A stretch of DNA of 64,000 nt. Source: Vitrella brassicaformis CCMP3155. Taxonomy: Eukaryota; Protista; Chromerida. The notes below the pieces were generated by a model. It made no database searches, had not been told where the DNA came from, and saw nothing but the letters and a program-made list of their open reading frames with translations. The stretch covers positions 1 through 64,000 of the forward strand of contig CDMY01000479.1 of assembly GCA_001179505.1 (NCBI GenBank), read 5' to 3'. The number at the start of each line of letters is the position of its first letter. Position 1 is the first letter of the stretch. Shown piece after piece: positions 58,500 to 64,000 of the stretch. Position numbers and translations under genes: made by a program.

Positions 58500-61400
58500 G
58501 AACCAAAAGAGAACAATGACGGCTTACCTGTGTCGATGGAAGCCGTTTCAGTAACAAGGATCTTAAACAAATGGAGCCAGCCCCCCATCCACCCAAACAA
58601 ATGGACCACCCAAGTGCAGTGCATCGGCTCGCGCCTGTGCTGTGCACGTGGCGTGTCTGTGTGTAGGTGTGTAAGTCTGTGTGTGTACCTTTGGCGTGTC
58701 GCCTGAAAGCGTCACGGATGGTGGAGGAAAAGTCTATCGAGAAGATCGTCGACCTTCGTACGTTGTGCACTGTCTCGTTCGATACAAAACAAACCTGCAG
58801 AAAAGAGAGGGTGTGTCATTTGATAACACAGTGCAGCCGCACACTAGTCTCTGTTCGCGCGGCGCCGACCTGAATCACATATGAAGCGAATGTCTCGTCG
58901 TTTGCAGAAACCCACAGGTGGAGACTGACCAGCTGTTCCCTGTTCTCCCGAGAAGATGTCTGAAGAAAAGCATAGCGGGCATGTGGCTACATCCATAAAA
59001 GACCAGACAGTGAAGCGTGTCTCATGTGAATAGAAAGGACACCTCCGGCAGGGATGATTTTCACACTCTCTTTCGCTTGGTTGCTGAGATCGAGCGGCCT
59101 GTATCGGTTCAATTTCCTCAAAAACCATCCCATGAGTCGACACATTCGTCAACATGGGCCCGTACCATTCATGACTGATAATGAGTTTCATCTTCTCGAT
59201 CCGCCGCATGAAATTGGTATACGTCTGCATGCGCACCCGCATGTGACGTACACGTCTCTGGCAGCTCTCTGCGATCTTACCTTCTCGGCTTGCAGAAGGG
59301 AGACAGTTCTGATGCCGGCTGCTTTGGCTGCGTCTTCGAAGGTCTTTTTTTTCTTCCTGGTCCAGCTGCATGCATTCAATGGGACAGCGTGACGGGGGAA
59401 AAGCTGTCTGTCGCCGACCTTTCCACTGATGTATTTCTCATACAGCCGGTGCTGCATTATGGCAGACCACACGACTGGAGATCAATCATGGTATCGCAGT
59501 CCGTGTTTGCCTGTACAATAACAAGGACGGAGGAAGAAAAGAGCTTTGAGCCTAGTCTGAAGTTATTACGTGGATGATGTGTTTCGATCTGCATCACAGG
59601 TGGACACAGACAAAGGCGGCATGCGCATTGTGGTTGCTGGGGACCTACCTGTTGACCATTACAGTCTGGCTGTCAACATTTAGTACTGCAGCAGCTCTCG
59701 TAGCCTCTCTCAACATGCCCAGGACCACGCCTACACTCAACACAATCCGTGAACTCATGAACTTACGGGATCGCTCTCAAACCGTAAAGGATTATTTTAG
59801 TTTGTTCTATCGAGCACGGCATCTCGCCCGCCCACCTGAAGGCAAGGGGATGACAGTAAAGTAAGCATCCATTTGTCTCCGCCTCTTTAGTTAGGCACCT
59901 TGCCGATGAATGTAAGGCTATGTAAGGCTGCCCGAAGGTGATCCATTGGGTACCGGAGCGGTCAATGCACCTGACCAACATCATGTTTGTGTGAATTGTG
60001 GCATGTTGGAGTCGTGGGAGAGTCAGTAGCTCCAATACTGAACCCACACAGACACACAGAAAGGATGACCGTGAGTGACAGGCAACCAGCCCTTTGTCTC
60101 CACCTATCGTCTTGCTGAAACCCTTTCTCTTGCATGCGATCGTCGTAGCGGCCGGCCTTCTCCTCCTCGGCCTCATCCAAACCAAACCTGAAAACGACAA
60201 CAAGAGTGACTGTGCGCACTGGCGATTCATTCTCCGTACTCGTCTACGTCGTTAGCCATGTGTGCATCGACGCCACCCCCACCACCACCGCTGTCCTCGA
60301 CATGATCCACATGGACACACAACAGTGGACAAGGGCGGAACAGCTATCGGCTCACGACCCCCCATGAGTCATTCCTGCCTCACCATCACTCAGAACATGC
60401 ATCGAAACATACTCTCATGTAAGTGTAATGCACTCATGAACCGCGAGCGTCGATACGGAGGAATGCTCTCTCTCTCTCTCTCTCTCTCTCCATCTGTGTG
60501 TGTGTGTACTGCCAAGATACACAAATCAATGAGGACAAATGGAGCCAGCCCCCATCCACCCAAACAAATGGACCACCCAAGTGCAGTGCATCGGCTCGCG
60601 CCTGTGCTGTGCACGTGGCGTGTCTGTGCGTGTGTGTGCACGTGGGCCGCGACTGCCAATCGGACATCACCTATTGCAAGACACAACAAAGGTCCATTCA
60701 GCAAGAAACACCCTCTCACCTTCTCTGTCGCACGTTCAGCTACATGTAAGTACCTTACTTGTCGTCGCCCTTGCTGACCGCGGCCTTGGGGTGGCTGCTC
60801 AGCAGCTCCTTGATGTGGAACAGGAGCTTGATGACCTTCTTCGCGGCCTCAACGCCCTCCTCCCACGTCATGTGTGCCGCGTGTAGAGCCCACAGCAGCC
60901 GCAACACCCACAGCAGCAGCAGCAGCAGCACGGTCAGCAGCGCCACCACGACGATGGCACCATGCCCGCTCCTCAATGCAGTCCCCGAACAAACGCACGG
61001 AATAGTAGCTTTCCATACTACACAGGCGTGCGAAGGGATGGCGGTCTCGACTGTCTGTGTCGGTCACGGTGTGGAAGGGCGGCGCGTCCCACTCTTTCTC
61101 CCTGCCGTCCCAACATCCGTTCCCTCCCCATCTTCTCTCACCTTCCGGTCGATGTGGATGTACCACAGCTCATTGGTGAGCTGCCCGCACATCTTGCTGT
61201 CCAGACGATGGTACAGCGGCTCCCCTGACTCACTTTCCACGCAGCCCACAACGTACTCGCACTTCGGCATCCTTAGGCTCCGGTTGGCTGCCGCTGCTGC
61301 CGCCGTGGAAGTCGGTGAGCCGCCGCCGTTGCCGAGCAGAGGAACACCGACTGCACACACAGAGATGAAAGTGAATGACACATGCCGGACCTTTCGGATT

Positions 61401-61550
61401 CTCATTACTTGTCAGCCAGAGCGTTAGCCAGGACGTAGCACTCGTGCGTGTGTTCTGTGCCGGCTCCGGTAATCGTGGCCGGCCTCCGCTGCCCTCAAAA
61501 AACAAGTGGCTTCATGAATGGCCAGCAGTCGGCCGAAAGCCCGCATCCGC
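58500..61550 (-). pseudogene. Degenerate/mosaic multi-exon gene; 5' part paralogous to the 52525-54136 gene
   Basis: MPKCEYVVG..SKMCGQLTNELWYIHIDRK and GREKEWDAP at 61050-61270 match the 53.5-53.75 kb exons. Downstream GT-AG-bounded exon-like pieces do not join into one clean frame. Confidence 0.4.
58567..60628. repeat. Near-identical 94-95 bp direct repeat (58567-58661 and 60535-60628)
   Basis: ACAAATGGAGCCAGCCCCC(C)ATCCACCCAAACAAATGGACCACCCAAGTGCAGTGCATCGGCTCGCGCCTGTGCTGTGCACGTGGCGTGTCTGTG; the copies differ only in C-run length. Confidence 0.92.
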
Positions 61551-63970
61551 TGAGCGTCTTGTCGTTGTTGTCACGATTGTCCTCCTTCCCTCTCAGACAC
61601 AGAAAGAAGGCCTCGGGCTGCAGCTGCAGTACGGGGCATCAGTGGAAAGGGAAGCGGTGACAGGAAGCAGCGGTCAAAATGCCAGAAAATTCAAATATGG
61701 CGTCTCGTAGGGTTTGGAGGGCGGGTTTGTCCCCAATTCTCGACGCCTTCGAGCCATCAACAAACAAGAACAAATGGCTTATAATTTGGCACTGCCGTGA
61801 GCTGAAGATGCCTCCAGCCTTCATTCCATTCTCATCGGTAAGGCCACACGATAGATATCCCAATGAATGCATGAGCCAGTGGCATATGCATCGCTGAGAT
61901 AGCCAGAAGGCAATACAGCAACGACAGACGCACATGGCTCACCCCCCTGGATGGATGCGTGTGATACTCTGTCAGATTTGATGAGAGGCTGAGGTTTTAC
62001 AGACGGCTGGCGGCAGCGCTGACGGCATCGGGCCTCTTCTCTTGACGATATGTCATTTGCAGCTGTGTGGAGGCCGCCGGCTACCACCTGAGGAGTGAGC
62101 CAGACACACAAGGATGGATGGATGGATGGATGGATCTCATCTCCCTCGCCCTTCTCCTTTGGTGCAGGTGGTTGATCTGTGCCGACGATGGACGTCAGTA
62201 GCGATGGCGGCCCGGCGCCCTCACGAGGTGATGACACACTCACACATGCAACCACACGTCGACTGATGGCCGTCAGCCGCCAATAGTGTCATGCCTTGTG
62301 CGTGGTGATGGTGTGATGCATTCAGGGGAGGAGGGCGGAGGATCAGGTGGCGATAAGGATAGCTTGCGGGATGTCATAGACAAGATACACTCGGTGAGAG
62401 AAAGATAGAGAGGGGAGGGATGGCAAGCTGCCCCATATACTGCAGCGGTTCGATTGTTGGCTCTGCGGTGCGCAGGTCACCTCACGGATGGCCGAGAGCT
62501 CTCAGGCGGCGAAGGTGAGGATAGCACATGCCGACTCCAATAAACAGGTCAGCACAAACACACACACATACATGCAGCCAGCCATGTGCCCACACTCACT
62601 CATTCCTGTGTACTTTGCAGGGCTGTGCAACGTTGGCTGGCCGTTTGTCTGGTGTCCTGAAGACTCTCACAGACGTCGACTCGATGCTCAGCGACGAGCT
62701 GGCACAGATTCCCAGCGTCGACCACAACACAACAGTAGGATGAAGCGACCAATAGGAGGGCACACACGAGCTGGTCACTGACCTGCATCTGTCTGCGTCT
62801 GCCCATTTCAGCGAAAGGGCGGTGACCGCAAGACGTTTCGGTGGCTGTACAATGTCAGCGACAGTCGGACGGCGGGCGTGTCTGAGAGTTCGGACGAGAC
62901 CGACAGGGCAGCGCAGCACAGCAAGGCGGTATGCACGTGCTCACACAAGGATACGGTGCATCCGCGAAATGGACCATCTCGTGGGATCAGGTGTCTGTTG
63001 GTGATGGGAAGCGCTCACGGGTCGGGACCAGCTCGCCTGCTGCTGCTGGTGCTGCTGCTGCCAGTAGTGATGGAGGTACGCATGAGCACCGGCCCACCAA
63101 AGGCAGCAAACATCGTTATCATCGCGCCTTCAGGTTGTTCGATTGGCGCATCTGATGCAACAGCAGCAGCAGCAGCGAGACTGCGGGGAGCGCAGTCTCG
63201 CCAGCTCACACAGGTGAAACACACATAGATAAGACCATCTCCAGCGCATACATGCCTTCTCCTTCTGTTGTGTGTGTGTGTGTCAGGATTACGGCCGGCC
63301 GTGTCTGCCTGGTCTGCCCGAGGGCGTCATGGGCCACATGGGGTCGTTCATGACGACGAGGACGGCGACAGCTCGCCTGACGCGCGTCAACAAGGAGACC
63401 CGCCAGAAGGCCACCGACGACACCTTCGGCGTATTCCGGCACTTCAGTATGACGAAGGACGAGGAGGCCAAATACCAGGCCATTCGCAAGCTGAAGGACT
63501 TGAAGCACCTGGTGAGATGGGGAGTGGAGTGCGCGACATTTGTTGATTTGATCACCCCTGTCTTTCTGTGTGTGTGCAGGGCAAGATCCGGACAGCACAT
63601 GTGGAGGCGTCCGGTGTGGTGCCGTGTGTGGTCGAGCTGCTCGAGAGGTCCTCAGCGACGCTAAAGGAGCTGTACGTGTCGCCTGACGACAAGGTCCACA
63701 ACGGCGACACATACGTAGATAAAGACGGCACACCCATCCCACCGGCGCGCCCTGCCGGGGTCGCAACACCCTTTCCCAGCCTCACACATATGAACATTCA
63801 GTCCAACGTGTGGCTCGACCACATCAGGTACTGCATCGTATCGACCGACACAGACAAGGGAGAGCAACAATTGTTTACCTGACACATAACATACGTCGTT
63901 GTGCTGATTGCTGGCGTGCAGCGTCCGTCGGTGGGCCCTCCCAGCCCTCACGAGTCTTCGAGTCAGCAAT
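61375..63970. repeat. Right arm of inverted segmental duplication (pairs with 20830-23465), probably continuing past the window end
   Basis: Direct reverse-complement similarity across coding and intergenic DNA. Confidence 0.9.
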
Positions 63971-64000
63971 CCTGCCCAGTGGGATGGGTCAGCTCCCGAG
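63004..64000 (+). CDS. F-box-like/LRR-like protein, copy 2 (partial, runs off window)
   Basis: MSTGPPKAANIVIIAPSG..|DYGRPCLPGLPEGVMGHMGSFM..FGVFRHFSMTKDEEAKYQAIRKL..|GKIRTAHVEASGVV..LKELYV..FPSLTHMNI, with the same intron positions as copy 1. Confidence 0.65.

Noticed and set aside
58850-59900. Possible LINE reverse-transcriptase remnant in lower-GC DNA
   Set aside because: No YxDD or other RT motifs; GT-AG-bounded pieces suggest decayed host-type exons instead.
60755-60976. MTWEEGVEAAKKVIKLL resembling a proteasome subunit C-terminal helix
   Set aside because: Too short, with no other proteasome motifs; it lies in a degenerate mosaic locus.
1-64000. Hundreds of ORFs rich in CVCVCV or HTHTHT
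   Set aside because: They are translations of intronic (TG)n/(CA)n microsatellites, not proteins.

Overview
Intron-dense, GC-rich eukaryotic genomic DNA. It is probably a chromerid alveolate such as Vitrella brassicaformis; this is an inference from a bipartite secondary-plastid leader, a flagellar AK9 homologue and short microsatellite-filled introns. Hand-splicing supports about 16 protein-coding loci. Recognisable genes are an AIFM3-like Rieske/FAD oxidoreductase, a plastid-targeted CPYC glutaredoxin, a twinfilin-like protein, AK9-like, TMEM87/GPR107-like, LAS1 and a secreted EEP nuclease/phosphatase. Less usual loci are two tandem secreted Cys-rich/Pro-Ala-tail paralogues, a 4-module EF-hand protein, a tandem CBM25-like protein and a bacterial-type aminoalcohol kinase + degenerate M23 + class III PLP enzyme fusion with a predicted C-terminal tail anchor. 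There is one 5'-truncated RLE (CRE-like) non-LTR retrotransposon with a 13-bp TSD. A divergent gene cassette is duplicated in inverted orientation (about 19.4-25.7 kb vs 58.2-64 kb) and contains F-box/LRR-like lineage-specific genes and decaying fragments. Two 300-N assembly gaps are present. No rRNA, tRNA or CRISPR array was recognised. Most six-frame ORFs are artefacts of (TG)n/(CA)n introns. Exon boundaries are manual and gene ends are approximate where stated.
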